Shown: positions 40,956 to 51,036, numbered from the stretch's first letter. The stretch is 64,000 nucleotides of DNA from an uncultured Candidatus Rokubacteria bacterium (GCA_963762145.1 CAVXJS010000014.1:224001-288000); one strand, 5' to 3'. Numbers and translations are program-made. Notes: generated by a model from the letters alone, not told the origin.

Positions 40956-41830
40956 TCGGCCAGGCCCGCCTCGCCGAAGAGGCCGCTCGGTCGCACCAGC
41001 AGGACCACCGCCATCGCCACGAACACCATGATGTCGGCCGCCTTGGGCAGGAAGAGGGTGGTGAGCCCGACGACCTGGCCGATGAGGAGCCCGGCCACCA
41101 CCGCGCCGAGCAGGCTGCCCATGCCGCCCACCACGATGACCACGAACGATTCGATCACCATGGTCACGCCCATCTCGGCGTAGGCGCCGCGCATGGGCCC
41201 GGCCAGGATGCCGGCCAGCCCGGCCAGCGCGGTGCCGATGCCGAAGACCACCAGCCAGACGCGCCCGAGGTCGATGCCGAGCGCGCGGACCATGAGGGGG
41301 TCGCGCGAGCCCGCACGGATGATGAGCCCGATGTTGGTGCGTCCGAGGAAGAAGTAGAGGCCGATCAGCACCGCCACGGTGATCCCGATGAGGAAGAGGC
41401 GGTACGCCGGGAAGGCCATGAAGCCCAGGTCCACCGCCCCGGAGAGGGCCCGAGGCGGATCGAGCGTGAGCCCGATCTTGCCCCAGAGCACCTTGACGCC
41501 TTCGACCAGGATCAGCGAGAGGCCGAAGGTGAGCAGGAGCGGGTCGTCGGGCGATCGCCCGTAGAGCCGCCGGATGAGGAAACGCTCCATGAGCAGCCCG
41601 ACCGCGCCAACCATGAGCGGCGCCACGATCAGCGCCACCCAGAAGCTCTTGGTGTAGTTGATGAGGAACACGCCGAAGTACGCCCCCAGCATGAAGAGCG
41701 CGCCATGAGCGAAGTTCACCACCGTCATCAGCCCGAAGATCAGGGACAGGCCGATGGCCAGCAGGACGTAGATCATCCCCAGCACGAGGCCGGTGAATAC
41801 CTGTGCCAGGAGCGTCGAGAGCTCGGGCAC
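40952..41830 (-). CDS. livH: Branched-chain amino acid-type ABC permease
   Basis: GLSLIFGLMTVVNFAHGA; VVGGMGS; RPSGLFG. Confidence 0.88.
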   Translation of the reverse strand: MPELSTLLAQVFTGLVLGMIYVLLAIGLSLIFGLMTVVNFAHGALFMLGAYFGVFLINYTKSFWVALIVAPLMVGAVGLLMERFLIRRLYGRSPDDPLLLTFGLSLILVEGVKVLWGKIGLTLDPPRALSGAVDLGFMAFPAYRLFLIGITVAVLIGLYFFLGRTNIGLIIRAGSRDPLMVRALGIDLGRVWLVVFGIGTALAGLAGILAGPMRGAYAEMGVTMVIESFVVIVVGGMGSLLGAVVAGLLIGQVVGLTTLFLPKAADIMVFVAMAVVLLVRPSGLFGEAGLAE

Positions 41831-41834
41831 GAAG

Positions 41835-43046
41835 CTAGGCTAGGCCCTTCTCCTTGCAGGTGCGGTCGTACTCCTCGTTCGCCCCCACCTTGGCCACGAT
41901 ATCCATCAGGCCCCAGTCGCCCTTGGCCTTGTCGCGGCCCTTGACGATCCAGAGGTCCTGCATCGACTTGTTGTCGCACGCCCGCCACCACTGCTTGCCC
42001 TTGAAGTGGTCGTAGGTCGGGTTCTTGCGCAGCGCGTTCGCGACCGCGTCCGCGTCGGTGGACTTGGCCAGCTCCACGCCGCGAGCCACCTCGAGCACGC
42101 CGCTGTAGGAGTACGCGCCGTAGTCGCCCGGGGGCAGGTTGAACTTCTTCATCGAGGCGTCGACGAACTTCTTGGCGGTCGGGATCGAGTCCTGCAGCTC
42201 CCAGTACCAGTTGATGACGCCGTGCACGTCCTGGTAGAGCTCGGCTCCGCCTTCCTTGAGGTAGGAGATCCAGAGGAGGGGCTGCGCCATCTTCATGGTC
42301 TTCTTCATGCCGAAGCTGATCACCTGCTTGTGGAGCGCGATGTTGTCCGCGCCCGGCGCCACGTTCATGAGGACGTCCGGCTTGGCGGCCTGGATCTTCG
42401 GCAGGTGGGCGGAGAACTCGGCCGAGCCAAGCGGATACGGGGTGGCTCCGAGGAGCGTGCCGCCCGCCTTCTGCAGCGACTCCTGCAGCACCGCGTTGCA
42501 CTGCTTGCCCCACGCGTAGTCCGCGTAGACGATCCACCACTTCTTGCCGAGGTTCTCCGCCGCCCACTTGCCCATGACCCGACAGGTGATGGTGGGATTC
42601 AGCGCCTCGTGGAAGGTGATCGGGCTGCCGTCGGGCTTGGCGCTGATCTCGTCGGACTGGCTCGTCGAGATGTAGAGGACCTTGGACTTCTTGGTCTGCT
42701 CGTTGATGGCCATCTGCACGTGCGCGGCGAGGCCGCCCACGATGAAGAGCGCCTTGTCGTTCTCGATCAGCTCCTTGGTGCGCTGGGCGCCCACCGCCGG
42801 CTTGAGCTGGTCATCGCGGAAGAGCACCTCGACCTTGCGCCCCATGATCCCGCCCTGCGCGTTCAGCTGCTCCTCCGCCAGCTGCGCCCCGCGCTGCATG
42901 TCGGCGGCGAGGGCCGCGAAGGGGCCGGTCAGCGGGAGGGGGCAGCCGATCCGGAGCGGGTCCTTGCTCTGCGCCCGCAGGATGGCCGGGAAGGACAGGG
43001 CCGCGGCACCCGCCGCGGTGGTAGTCAGGAATGAGCGCCGATCCAT
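41835..43046 (-). CDS. Branched-chain amino acid-type ABC substrate-binding protein, Tat-exported
   Basis: MDRRSFL; LRIGCPLPLTG; ADYAWG. Confidence 0.9.
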   Translation of the reverse strand: MDRRSFLTTTAAGAAALSFPAILRAQSKDPLRIGCPLPLTGPFAALAADMQRGAQLAEEQLNAQGGIMGRKVEVLFRDDQLKPAVGAQRTKELIENDKALFIVGGLAAHVQMAINEQTKKSKVLYISTSQSDEISAKPDGSPITFHEALNPTITCRVMGKWAAENLGKKWWIVYADYAWGKQCNAVLQESLQKAGGTLLGATPYPLGSAEFSAHLPKIQAAKPDVLMNVAPGADNIALHKQVISFGMKKTMKMAQPLLWISYLKEGGAELYQDVHGVINWYWELQDSIPTAKKFVDASMKKFNLPPGDYGAYSYSGVLEVARGVELAKSTDADAVANALRKNPTYDHFKGKQWWRACDNKSMQDLWIVKGRDKAKGDWGLMDIVAKVGANEEYDRTCKEKGLA

Positions 43047-43102
43047 GGGTTGTCTCCTCTGCGTTGAGTGAGCGCGCCTCTTGCGGGGGTCAGGTGGCCG
43101 GT

Positions 43103-43131
43103 ATCATAGGAGGGCCGTCGGGCCGTGTCAA
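43103..43131 (-). promoter_or_regulatory. sigma70 promoter for the leftward operon
   Basis: Minus strand TTGACA-17 nt-TATGAT, 57 nt before ATG 43046. Confidence 0.65.
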
Positions 43132-43172
43132 TCGTGTTAAGATGCCGCACCTTTACGAACCAGGAGGTGCTC

Positions 43173-44141
43173 ATGCTCCGCTTCGCGTCCAGCATCCTGA
43201 CCCTTGTGCTGCTCCTGCTTGCCGGCGCCTGGCCGGCCGCCGCCCAGTATCCGGAGCGGCCCCTCACCATTCTGACCGGCTACCCGGCGGGCGGCATGGT
43301 GGACATCGTCGCCCGCTCCCTGGCGGAAGGTCTCAAGAAGAAATACCCGAAGGGCGTCAGCATCGTCACCCGACCGGGCGCCGGCGGGTCGCTGGCGGTG
43401 GCCGAGCTGGTGCAGGCCAAGCCGGACGGCTACACGGTCATCCTGGCGCCGATCTCCACCCTGGTCATCCATCCGCAGCTCAACGACCTGCCGTACAAGA
43501 CGCCCGACGACTACGAATCGATCATCAATACCGTCGCGTTCTACTCGGTGATCGCGGTGAAGGCCGACGCGCCGTGGAAGACGATGCAGGAGCTCGTGGC
43601 CGCGGCCAAGGCCAGCCCCGGCAAGCTGCGGGCGGGCTCGCCCGGCGAGGGGACGTCGAGCCACCTGAACCTGGAAGAGCTCAAGCGCCTGGCCGGCGTG
43701 AACATCACCCACGTGCCGTTCGCGGGCTGGGGGGAGTCGAGCCCCGCGCTGCTCGGCGGTCACATCGAAAGCCTGGTGGCGCAGCCGGGCGAGGTGCGGC
43801 CGCTGGTCGAGGGGGGCAAGCTCCGCACGCTCATGGTCTTCCAGGCGAAGCGGAACCCGCTCTTCCCCGACGTCCCGACCGCCAAGGAGCTGGGGTGGGA
43901 CGCCGCGAGCGGCATCTTCTTCGTGGTGGTGGCGCCCAAGGGCACCCCGGGACCCGCGCTGAAGTACATCCACGATGCCACGAAGGCCGCGATGGAGGAG
44001 CCGCAGTTCATCACCATGGTCAAGCAGCGGGCCATCGAGATCGATTACCGCGCGGGAGATCAGCTCAAGGCGGATATCTGGAAGGAGTACAAGTTCCACA
44101 CCGAGGTGCTGACGCGTCTGGGGATGTTGAAGAAGAAGTAG
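43173..44141 (+). CDS. tctC: Tripartite tricarboxylate transporter substrate-binding protein (Bug/TctC)
   Basis: YPERPL, AGGMVD..AR, PGAGG, KPDGYT, HVPF, PDVPT. Confidence 0.9.
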   Translation: MLRFASSILTLVLLLLAGAWPAAAQYPERPLTILTGYPAGGMVDIVARSLAEGLKKKYPKGVSIVTRPGAGGSLAVAELVQAKPDGYTVILAPISTLVIHPQLNDLPYKTPDDYESIINTVAFYSVIAVKADAPWKTMQELVAAAKASPGKLRAGSPGEGTSSHLNLEELKRLAGVNITHVPFAGWGESSPALLGGHIESLVAQPGEVRPLVEGGKLRTLMVFQAKRNPLFPDVPTAKELGWDAASGIFFVVVAPKGTPGPALKYIHDATKAAMEEPQFITMVKQRAIEIDYRAGDQLKADIWKEYKFHTEVLTRLGMLKKK

Positions 44142-44145
44142 CTGG

Positions 44146-44592
44146 ATGACCGAGCGGCTCGTGGCCCTCGTCGTGGTCGCGGCCAGCGGTGCGTATCTGC
44201 TGAGCGGGCTCGCCCTGCCGCTCGGCACCACCGCGAAGCCGGGAGCCGGCTTCTTCCCGCTCGCCATCGGCGCATTCGGCGCGGTCTTGGCGCTGGTGTG
44301 GACGGTGACCGCGTTCCGGCGCGTCCCGGAGGCGGCGAAGGAGCCGGCCCTCGCGGCGGACGCGCAGGAGCGCGTCCTGGCCACCACGGCCGCCCTGATC
44401 GGGTTCTGCTTCCTCCTGCGGTGGGTGGGCTACCCGGTCGCCGCCCTCGTCTTCATGACGCTGCTCCTGCGGTGGCTCGGGGCCGGCTGGCGCTCGGCCG
44501 TCGTGACCGGCGTCGCCAGCGCCGCGGTGTCGTACTACCTCTTCGGCGTGCTGCTCAACGTGCCCCTCCCTCACGGCTTCCTGTTCGACTGA
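44146..44592 (+). CDS. tctB: Tripartite tricarboxylate transporter TctB
   Basis: PGAGFFP; LFGVLLNVPLP; lies between tctC and tctA. Confidence 0.85.
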   Translation: MTERLVALVVVAASGAYLLSGLALPLGTTAKPGAGFFPLAIGAFGAVLALVWTVTAFRRVPEAAKEPALAADAQERVLATTAALIGFCFLLRWVGYPVAALVFMTLLLRWLGAGWRSAVVTGVASAAVSYYLFGVLLNVPLPHGFLFD

Positions 44593-44599
44593 GAGCCTC

Positions 44600-46117
44600 G
44601 TGGGACCACTCGAAGGTCTGGCGTACGGCTTCTCGATCGCGCTGACGCCGGGCAATCTGTTCGCCTGCTTCATCGGGGTGCTCATCGGCACGGTGGTCGG
44701 GATCCTCCCCGGGATCGGGCCGGTCGGCGCGATGGCCCTCCTGCTGCCGTCCACCTTCACGCTCGAGCCCGCGACCGCGCTGATCATGCTCGCGGGTATC
44801 TACTACGGCTCGATGTACGGAGGCTCCACCACCTCGATCCTGGTCAACGTGCCCGGCGAGGCGGGCTCGGTCGTCACCGCGATCGACGGGTACCAGATGA
44901 CCCGGAAGGGGCGCGCGGGCGCGGCCCTGGCCGTCGCGGGGGTGGGCTCCTTCGTGGCCGGCTCGCTCGGCGTGGTCGGCATCGTGCTGGCTTCCTCGTG
45001 GCTCGCCGACCAGGCGCTCCGCTTCGGTCCGCCCGAGTACTTCGCGCTGGCCTTCGCCGGTCTCCTGCTGCTCTCGCGCCTAAGCGGCGGCTCGGTGCTC
45101 CAGGCCTTCGTGCTGGTCGCGATCGGCCTCGCGCTCGGCACCGTCGGCATGGAGCCGATCTCGGCGGTCCGGCGCTTCACCTTCGGCTCGACCCAGCTCT
45201 CGCAGGGGGTCGAGCTGGTCCCGGTGATCATGGGGCTCTACGGCGTGGCCGAGGTGCTCCTGCTCGCCGAGGTGGGTGCCCGGCGCGCGAAGATCATCTC
45301 GGTGAAGCTCCGCGAGCTGATGCCGACCCGCGACGAGTGGCGCCGATCGGCGGCCCCGATCGCGCGCGGCTCGGTGGTCGGCTTCTTCACCGGCCTGATC
45401 CCGGGGCCCGCCGCGGTCCTCTCCACCTTCATCTCCTACGCGCTCGAGCGCCGGATCTCGAAGACCCCGGAGCGCTTCGGCCATGGGGCGATCGAGGGCG
45501 TCGCGGGCCCCGAGGCGGCCAACAACGGCGCCACCGCGGGCGCGATGGTGCCGCTGCTCTCCCTGGGGATCCCGTTCTCGCCCGCCACCGCCATCCTGCT
45601 GGGCGCGCTGGTGATCACGGGCATCCAGCCCGGCCCCCTGCTGATCAGCCAGCGGCCCGAGGTGTTCTGGGGCGTGGTTGCCAGCATGTACGTGGGCAAC
45701 GCGCTGCTGCTGGTCCTCAACCTCCCGCTCGTCGGGGTCTTCGTGAGCGTGCTGCGTCTGCCCCAGCACGTGCTCGCGACCATGGTCCTGCTGCTCTGCC
45801 TGGTCGGCGCCTACAGCCTCAACAACAGCCAGCTCGACCTGTGGGTGCTGGTCGGCTTCGGCATCTTCGGCTACGGGCTGCGCAAGCTCGCCATCGATCC
45901 CTCCCCGCTGGTCGTCGCGCTCGTGCTGGGGCCGATGATGGAGAAGACGCTCCGGCAGTCTCTCTTCATGGCGCGGGGCAACGTGCTGGAGATCGTGGGC
46001 CGGCCGCTCACCCTCACCCTGCTGATCCTGGGTCTGGCCGCCGTCGTCGCTCCGCTCGTGATGCGCCTGCTGCGCCGGAGAGCGATCAGCGTGGAGCCGG
46101 CTCAACCGGCTCGTTGA
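44600..46117 (+). CDS. tctA: Tripartite tricarboxylate transporter TctA
   Basis: GILPGIG, GSMYGGSTTSIL, PEAANN, LGIP. Confidence 0.92.
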   Translation: MGPLEGLAYGFSIALTPGNLFACFIGVLIGTVVGILPGIGPVGAMALLLPSTFTLEPATALIMLAGIYYGSMYGGSTTSILVNVPGEAGSVVTAIDGYQMTRKGRAGAALAVAGVGSFVAGSLGVVGIVLASSWLADQALRFGPPEYFALAFAGLLLLSRLSGGSVLQAFVLVAIGLALGTVGMEPISAVRRFTFGSTQLSQGVELVPVIMGLYGVAEVLLLAEVGARRAKIISVKLRELMPTRDEWRRSAAPIARGSVVGFFTGLIPGPAAVLSTFISYALERRISKTPERFGHGAIEGVAGPEAANNGATAGAMVPLLSLGIPFSPATAILLGALVITGIQPGPLLISQRPEVFWGVVASMYVGNALLLVLNLPLVGVFVSVLRLPQHVLATMVLLLCLVGAYSLNNSQLDLWVLVGFGIFGYGLRKLAIDPSPLVVALVLGPMMEKTLRQSLFMARGNVLEIVGRPLTLTLLILGLAAVVAPLVMRLLRRRAISVEPAQPAR

Positions 46118-46455
46118 AGCGGAGGCGGTTGCCGAAGGGATCGGTCACCTCCATCACCCGGGCGTTCCACGGCGCGAGCTCGATGCCCGGGCGCATGAAG
46201 CGGTAGCCCTTCGCGGTGATCTCGCGGTGGTACCCGTCGAGGCCGGTGGTCTGCACGAGCACCGTCGAGCCCGGACTGGTGCTCGCTCAGGTGGAGCACG
46301 AGCCCGTCGCGCGAGACCTGTATGTAGAGCGGGGCCGTCTCCTCGAAGCGATGCTCCCAGTCCACGCGGAAGCCGAGGAAGCCCACGTAGAACTCCCGGG
46401 CCTTCGCGACGTCGAAGATGCGGAAGATCGGGATGGCGCGGAAGGTGGCGGGCAT
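46086..46455 (-). pseudogene. Glyoxalase superfamily protein disrupted by a small deletion or frameshift near 46275
   Basis: EFYVGFLGF..LHLSEH, then in another frame PGSTVLV..PWNARVMEVTDPFGNRLRFNE. Confidence 0.7.
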
Positions 46456-46459
46456 GGGC

Positions 46460-47125
46460 TCACTCGACCAGGCGGCCCAGGCAGCCCGCGAGGGCGCGCG
46501 GAGACTCGCAGAGGAGATCGACCCCGGCGCCCGCGAGCTCGCCGGGGTCGCCGTAGCCCCACGACGCGCCGATCGAGCGGATGCCGTTGACCTTCGCGGC
46601 CACGATGTCGCTGGCGCGGTCGCCGACCATGACCGAGGTGTCGGCCTGGACCACGCCCGCCTCGATCAGGTGCGCGAGCAGGTCCCGCTTGGCGTCGAAT
46701 CGTCCCCCCGGCTCGGCCCCGTAGATGCCCGCGAAGTGCCGGGTCAACCCGAAGTGCTCCACGATGCGCGCGGCCGCGTGCTGCAGCTTCGCGGTGGCCA
46801 CGAACAGGGTGCGCCCGGTGCGCGCGGCCGCGTCGAGCATCTCGGGCACGCCGTCGTAGACGCGGTTCTCGAAGAGGCCCACGTCGTCGTAGCGGGCGCG
46901 GTAGTGCGCGACGGCTTCCTCGATGAGCGTCGGATCCCGGGTGTCGAGCAGGGTCGACAGGGTGCCGCGCAGCGGCGGGCCGACGAAGGTCGTCAGCGCG
47001 TCGTTGTCGGGGCACGCGCGCCCGAGCTTGTCGAGCGCGTGTCGGATGCAGGCGGTGATGCCGGCGCGAGAATCGGTGAGCGTGCCGTCGAGATCGAACA
47101 GGATCGCGGGCCGGGAGCGCGGCAT
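46460..47125 (-). CDS. HAD-family phosphatase (phosphoglycolate phosphatase-like)
   Basis: FDLDGTLTDS, VATAK, MVGDRASD. Confidence 0.9.
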   Translation of the reverse strand: MPRSRPAILFDLDGTLTDSRAGITACIRHALDKLGRACPDNDALTTFVGPPLRGTLSTLLDTRDPTLIEEAVAHYRARYDDVGLFENRVYDGVPEMLDAAARTGRTLFVATAKLQHAAARIVEHFGLTRHFAGIYGAEPGGRFDAKRDLLAHLIEAGVVQADTSVMVGDRASDIVAAKVNGIRSIGASWGYGDPGELAGAGVDLLCESPRALAGCLGRLVE

Positions 47126-47189
47126 GGAAGCATGGTGCCACGAGTCGGAGCGGCGAGGCCATGCTATGCTCGGCCGACCGGGACATCAG

Positions 47190-48155
47190 ATGCGTCGGCT
47201 GGCCCTCGCCCTCCTGCTCGCGATTCTCGCCGCGCCGCTCATCGCGGCGGCGCAGACGCCCGGCAAGATCTATCGGGTCGGGGTCCTGTCGTACCTCACC
47301 CCCGACGTGCTCCAGCCCAATCTGGCCACGTTCCGGGAGGCGCTCCGGCTACAGGGCTACGTCGAGGGTCGGAACATCGTGTTCGAGGTGCGAACGTCGA
47401 GCGGACGTCTCGACGCCCTCCCGGAGCTGGCCGCCGAGCTCACCCGGCTCAACGTCGACGTGATCCTGGCGATCGCTCCGCTCGCGATCCGTGCGGCGCG
47501 CCAGGCCACCACCGCCATCCCGATCGTGATGGCCCTGGGAGACCCCGCCACGTTCGAGAGCCTCGCGCGGCCGGGCGGCAACGTCACCGGGGTCACCGCC
47601 CTGGCCGCCGAGCTGGCGGGCAAGCAGGTCGAGCTGCTGAGGGAAGCCCTGCCGCGGGTGACGCGGGTCGCGGTGCTCCGGAACCCCGAGCAGCCGGTTC
47701 ACGTGGCCAAGCTGAAGCAGGCGGAGACGGTGGCGCGGGCCCTGGGGATCCGGCTGATCGTGGTCGACGCGCGCGGTGCCGACGATTTCGACCCCGCGTT
47801 CGCCACGATCACGGCCGAGCGCGCCGAGGGGCTCATCGTGTTCGCGGACGGCGGGTTCCTGGCCCAGCGGAAGCGGCTCGTCGAGCTCGCCGCGCGGCTC
47901 CGCCTGCCCGCGGTCTACGCCTCGAACGGATTCTCGCAGGCGGGCGGCCTGATCGCCTACGTGCCCGACAACGCGGAGACGTATCGCCGGGCCGCGTCGT
48001 TCGTGGACCGGATCTTCAAGGGGGCGAATCCGGCCACGCTCCCGGTGGAGCAGCCGACCCGCTTCGAGCTGAGCGTCAATCTCGCGACGGCCCGGACCCT
48101 CGGGCTCACGATGCCCCAGTCCCTTCTCGTCCGCGCCGATCAGGTGATCGAGTAG
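47190..48155 (+). CDS. ABC transporter substrate-binding protein (ABC_sub_bind family), orphan
   Basis: Signal peptide; SLARPGGNVTG; LPVEQPTRFELSVNL; ADQVIE. Confidence 0.9.
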   Translation: MRRLALALLLAILAAPLIAAAQTPGKIYRVGVLSYLTPDVLQPNLATFREALRLQGYVEGRNIVFEVRTSSGRLDALPELAAELTRLNVDVILAIAPLAIRAARQATTAIPIVMALGDPATFESLARPGGNVTGVTALAAELAGKQVELLREALPRVTRVAVLRNPEQPVHVAKLKQAETVARALGIRLIVVDARGADDFDPAFATITAERAEGLIVFADGGFLAQRKRLVELAARLRLPAVYASNGFSQAGGLIAYVPDNAETYRRAASFVDRIFKGANPATLPVEQPTRFELSVNLATARTLGLTMPQSLLVRADQVIE

Positions 48156-48635
48156 CTACGTCGTCGTCCCCACCCCCGCGACCCGGATCTCCGTCTTCAC
48201 CGAGTTGGCGATGAAGCACTGCTCGTGAGCCAGATGGTGGAGGCGCTCCACGTCCGCCGGGGTCGGCTGCCGGTCGCCCCCGTAGACGATGCGCGGATTC
48301 AAGGTCGCCGCGCTGACCCAGAACGCGCCGCGCTCGTTCTTGCGCAGCACGCCCACCGCGTCGTCCTCGTAGGACGAGACGACGAATCCCTCGCGCATGG
48401 CCACGTAGAGGAACGTGAGCATGTGGCAGCTCGAGATCGCGGCCACGAACGCCTCTTCCGGATCCAGGCCGGCCGGGTTGGACCAGGGCGCGGGGATCAC
48501 GCCCGGCGAGGGCGAGCCGGGCACGGTCAGGCCGCCGTCGAAGGTCCACGTGTGCTCGCGCGAGTAGCGTCCCTTGAGGAACGCGGTCCCGTCGCCCACC
48601 AGCTTCCACCGCACCGCCGCCTTGTGCTCAGCCAT
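48156..48635 (-). CDS. OsmC family protein
   Basis: DPEEAFVAAISSCHML; AHEQCFIANSV. Confidence 0.9.
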   Translation of the reverse strand: MAEHKAAVRWKLVGDGTAFLKGRYSREHTWTFDGGLTVPGSPSPGVIPAPWSNPAGLDPEEAFVAAISSCHMLTFLYVAMREGFVVSSYEDDAVGVLRKNERGAFWVSAATLNPRIVYGGDRQPTPADVERLHHLAHEQCFIANSVKTEIRVAGVGTTT

Positions 48636-49248
48636 GACGGGCCTCCTCGAGCCTCGCGATCTGGCGGTCGTGGACCCGGCTCAGGAGGAGCAGCGCGGTC
48701 GCCGCGCCCAGGAGCGCCACGAACATGTCCCATTGAGTGTCCCACTGATCGCCCTGCGTGCCCAGGAAGGCGTCGGCGCTCTCGCCGCCGAGCAGGGCGG
48801 CCCACCATTCGACGAGCTCGTAGAGCGCGCTGATCGCGAGGCACACGCAGAGCACCAGGAACGTGAGCCACTTGCCCGGCCGGAGCGGGGAGCGGCGGAT
48901 CAGCACCTCGCGCACCACGATGGCCGGCACCAAGCCCTGGGCGAAGTGGCCGAGCCGGTCGTACGGGTTCCGGGCGAGGCCGAGCGCGTCCTTCATCCAG
49001 AACCCGGCCGGGACCTCCGCGTAGGTGTAGTGCCCGCCCAGCATGAGGATCAGCGCGTGGACGAAGATGAGCCGGTAGGCGAGCGGGGTCAGCGGGAAGC
49101 GGCGCGCGGTCAGGGCCAGGACCGGGACCGCGATCAGGATCGGGGCCACCTCGAGCCACCACGTGGTCCGGTCATGCGGACCGATCCCGGAGAGAACGAG
49201 GAGGACGCCGCCGACGACGAGGAGAAGCCGCCGCTCTCTACCAGTCAC
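48628..49248 (-). CDS. DUF2238 (YjdF-like) membrane protein
   Basis: GGHYTYAEVP, RNPYDRLGH, YELVEW, FLGTQGDQWDTQWDM. Confidence 0.88.
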   Translation of the reverse strand: MTGRERRLLLVVGGVLLVLSGIGPHDRTTWWLEVAPILIAVPVLALTARRFPLTPLAYRLIFVHALILMLGGHYTYAEVPAGFWMKDALGLARNPYDRLGHFAQGLVPAIVVREVLIRRSPLRPGKWLTFLVLCVCLAISALYELVEWWAALLGGESADAFLGTQGDQWDTQWDMFVALLGAATALLLLSRVHDRQIARLEEARHG

Positions 49249-49747
49249 CCGCGTACTCGGTGCGGTGCGGCGCGGCGAGGGCGAGCAGCCGGGCGCGGCG
49301 CAGCTCGAGGAGCTGGCGCGTGTGCAGCAGATCGTGCGCGGCCCAGGAGGCGGCCAGGTCCCCGGCGGTGATCGGCCCGAAGGACGCCTGGTACGTGCGG
49401 CTCCAGTCGGGGGTGGTGAGCGCGGCGAGCCAGGCCAGCGACTGCTCGCGCTCGCCGAGGAAGGCGCTCAGGGTCGCCCCGAGCTCGCGGTCGCTGTAGC
49501 CGCGTGCGGTGACCCAGCCCGCGGGATCGATGGGCGTCCACGTCTCGTTCGGCCGATGGAGAACCAGGTCGAGGCGCGGGCGAAAATCCTCGCGCTCCTC
49601 GTCGAGGAGATGGGCGACGACTTCCAGGATGGACCACGCCTCGGGGGACGGCCGTACGCGCGCCTCGGCCGGCGAGACCCCCGCCACGAGGCCCTGGATG
49701 GTCTCCGCGCCCTGGGCCAGCTCACGCCGGAGGACCTCGAGTCGCAT
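49238..49747 (-). CDS. DinB family protein
   Basis: WSILEVVAHLLDEE; AHDLLHTRQL. Confidence 0.85.
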   Translation of the reverse strand: MRLEVLRRELAQGAETIQGLVAGVSPAEARVRPSPEAWSILEVVAHLLDEEREDFRPRLDLVLHRPNETWTPIDPAGWVTARGYSDRELGATLSAFLGEREQSLAWLAALTTPDWSRTYQASFGPITAGDLAASWAAHDLLHTRQLLELRRARLLALAAPHRTEYAGDW

Positions 49748-49763
49748 GGACGTTGGGCCCCGC

Positions 49764-50942
49764 CTACTGGAACTCGAGGGTGGCCGCGCGCAGCCCGCAG
49801 AGGAGCTTCCCCGCGGTCTCGAGGCACCGGTCGTTCGAGGGCGGCATCACCGGGCCGGCGAGCGAGTCGCGGTGCCAGCGCTCCAGGGGCAGCTCCTTCA
49901 GGATGCCGCGCCCGCCCGCCAGGCGCATCGCCCGCTCGGTGGCCATCAGCCCCACGTCGGCGGCGAAGGTCTTGGCCTGGTTCACCGCGAGCATGGTGGC
50001 CTCGCGGTCGCCCGCCATCTTCACGCAGGCGGCCTCGTGCAGCAGGAGCCGGGCCGCGCGGATCTGGGTGCCCACCTCGGCCACCGTGCGCTGCACGAGC
50101 GGGTGATGGCTCATCGGCTCGGTGGAGGGCCGCTGGACCTTGGTGCGCGCGTACTCGGCCATGTACTCGAAGGCGGCCTCCCCGATGCCCAGGTAGACCG
50201 CGGCGTAGCCGAGCGCGAAGCCCTGGAGATCGATGGTCAGGTACTGGCCGGGCTGCCCGACCACGTTGCCGGGGTCCACCGCGCAGTCGTACCGGATGGT
50301 ATGGCTGATCGTGCCGCGCATGCCGGTGGCGTTCCAGGTGCCCTCGATCTTCACCCCGGCGTCGCGCCCCGGGATCATCGCGGAGATCACGCCGTCGCGC
50401 GCGCTGGTCTTGCCCGCCTGGATCCCGGTGATGAAGAAGTAGTCGGCCGCGTCGCCGAGCGAGCAGAACTGCTTCACCCCCGCCACCCGATACCCGCCGC
50501 CCTCCATCGGATGGAACACGGTGTTGAGCACGAACTTGTCGCGGAAGCTCTGCTCGGGCTCGCTGGTGATGGAGGCGATGCGCGCCCCGCGGCCCACGAC
50601 CTCGCCGAAGTAGCGGCGCTTCTGCTCCTCGGTGCCGAGCGCGGCCACGAAGGTGGTCACCGTCGAGTGCATGTTGAAGGTGAGGGCGGTGGCCGAGCAG
50701 CCCTTGGCGATCTCACGCAGGGCGTGCACGTAGGTGACCGGATCGGCGCCGACTCCGCCGTACTCGCGGGGGACCGTGAGCGCGAACAGGCCGGCCGCGT
50801 GCAGGTCCGCGTAGTTCTCGTACGGAAACGCGGAGTCGGCGTCGTACCGGGCCGCGCGCGGCGAGAAGCGCTCGCGCGAGAGGGTTGCCACCCGGTCGAT
50901 CACCGAGCGCTGCGCATCCGTCAGGGGCGGAAGAGGGAACAT
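49764..50942 (-). CDS. Acyl-CoA dehydrogenase family protein (atypical C-terminal motif)
   Basis: PREYGG, TSEP, GVKQFCS, GMRGTIS, ERWHRDSLAGPVMPP. Confidence 0.88.
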   Translation of the reverse strand: MFPLPPLTDAQRSVIDRVATLSRERFSPRAARYDADSAFPYENYADLHAAGLFALTVPREYGGVGADPVTYVHALREIAKGCSATALTFNMHSTVTTFVAALGTEEQKRRYFGEVVGRGARIASITSEPEQSFRDKFVLNTVFHPMEGGGYRVAGVKQFCSLGDAADYFFITGIQAGKTSARDGVISAMIPGRDAGVKIEGTWNATGMRGTISHTIRYDCAVDPGNVVGQPGQYLTIDLQGFALGYAAVYLGIGEAAFEYMAEYARTKVQRPSTEPMSHHPLVQRTVAEVGTQIRAARLLLHEAACVKMAGDREATMLAVNQAKTFAADVGLMATERAMRLAGGRGILKELPLERWHRDSLAGPVMPPSNDRCLETAGKLLCGLRAATLEFQ

Positions 50943-51036
50943 GGCCCCGCTAGGGTAGCGCCCCTGCATGCGCCGGCGCAATCCGGCCGTCCAGCCGGAG
51001 GCCGCCGGCGCGCGGTGTGGTACTGTTACGGACGAT

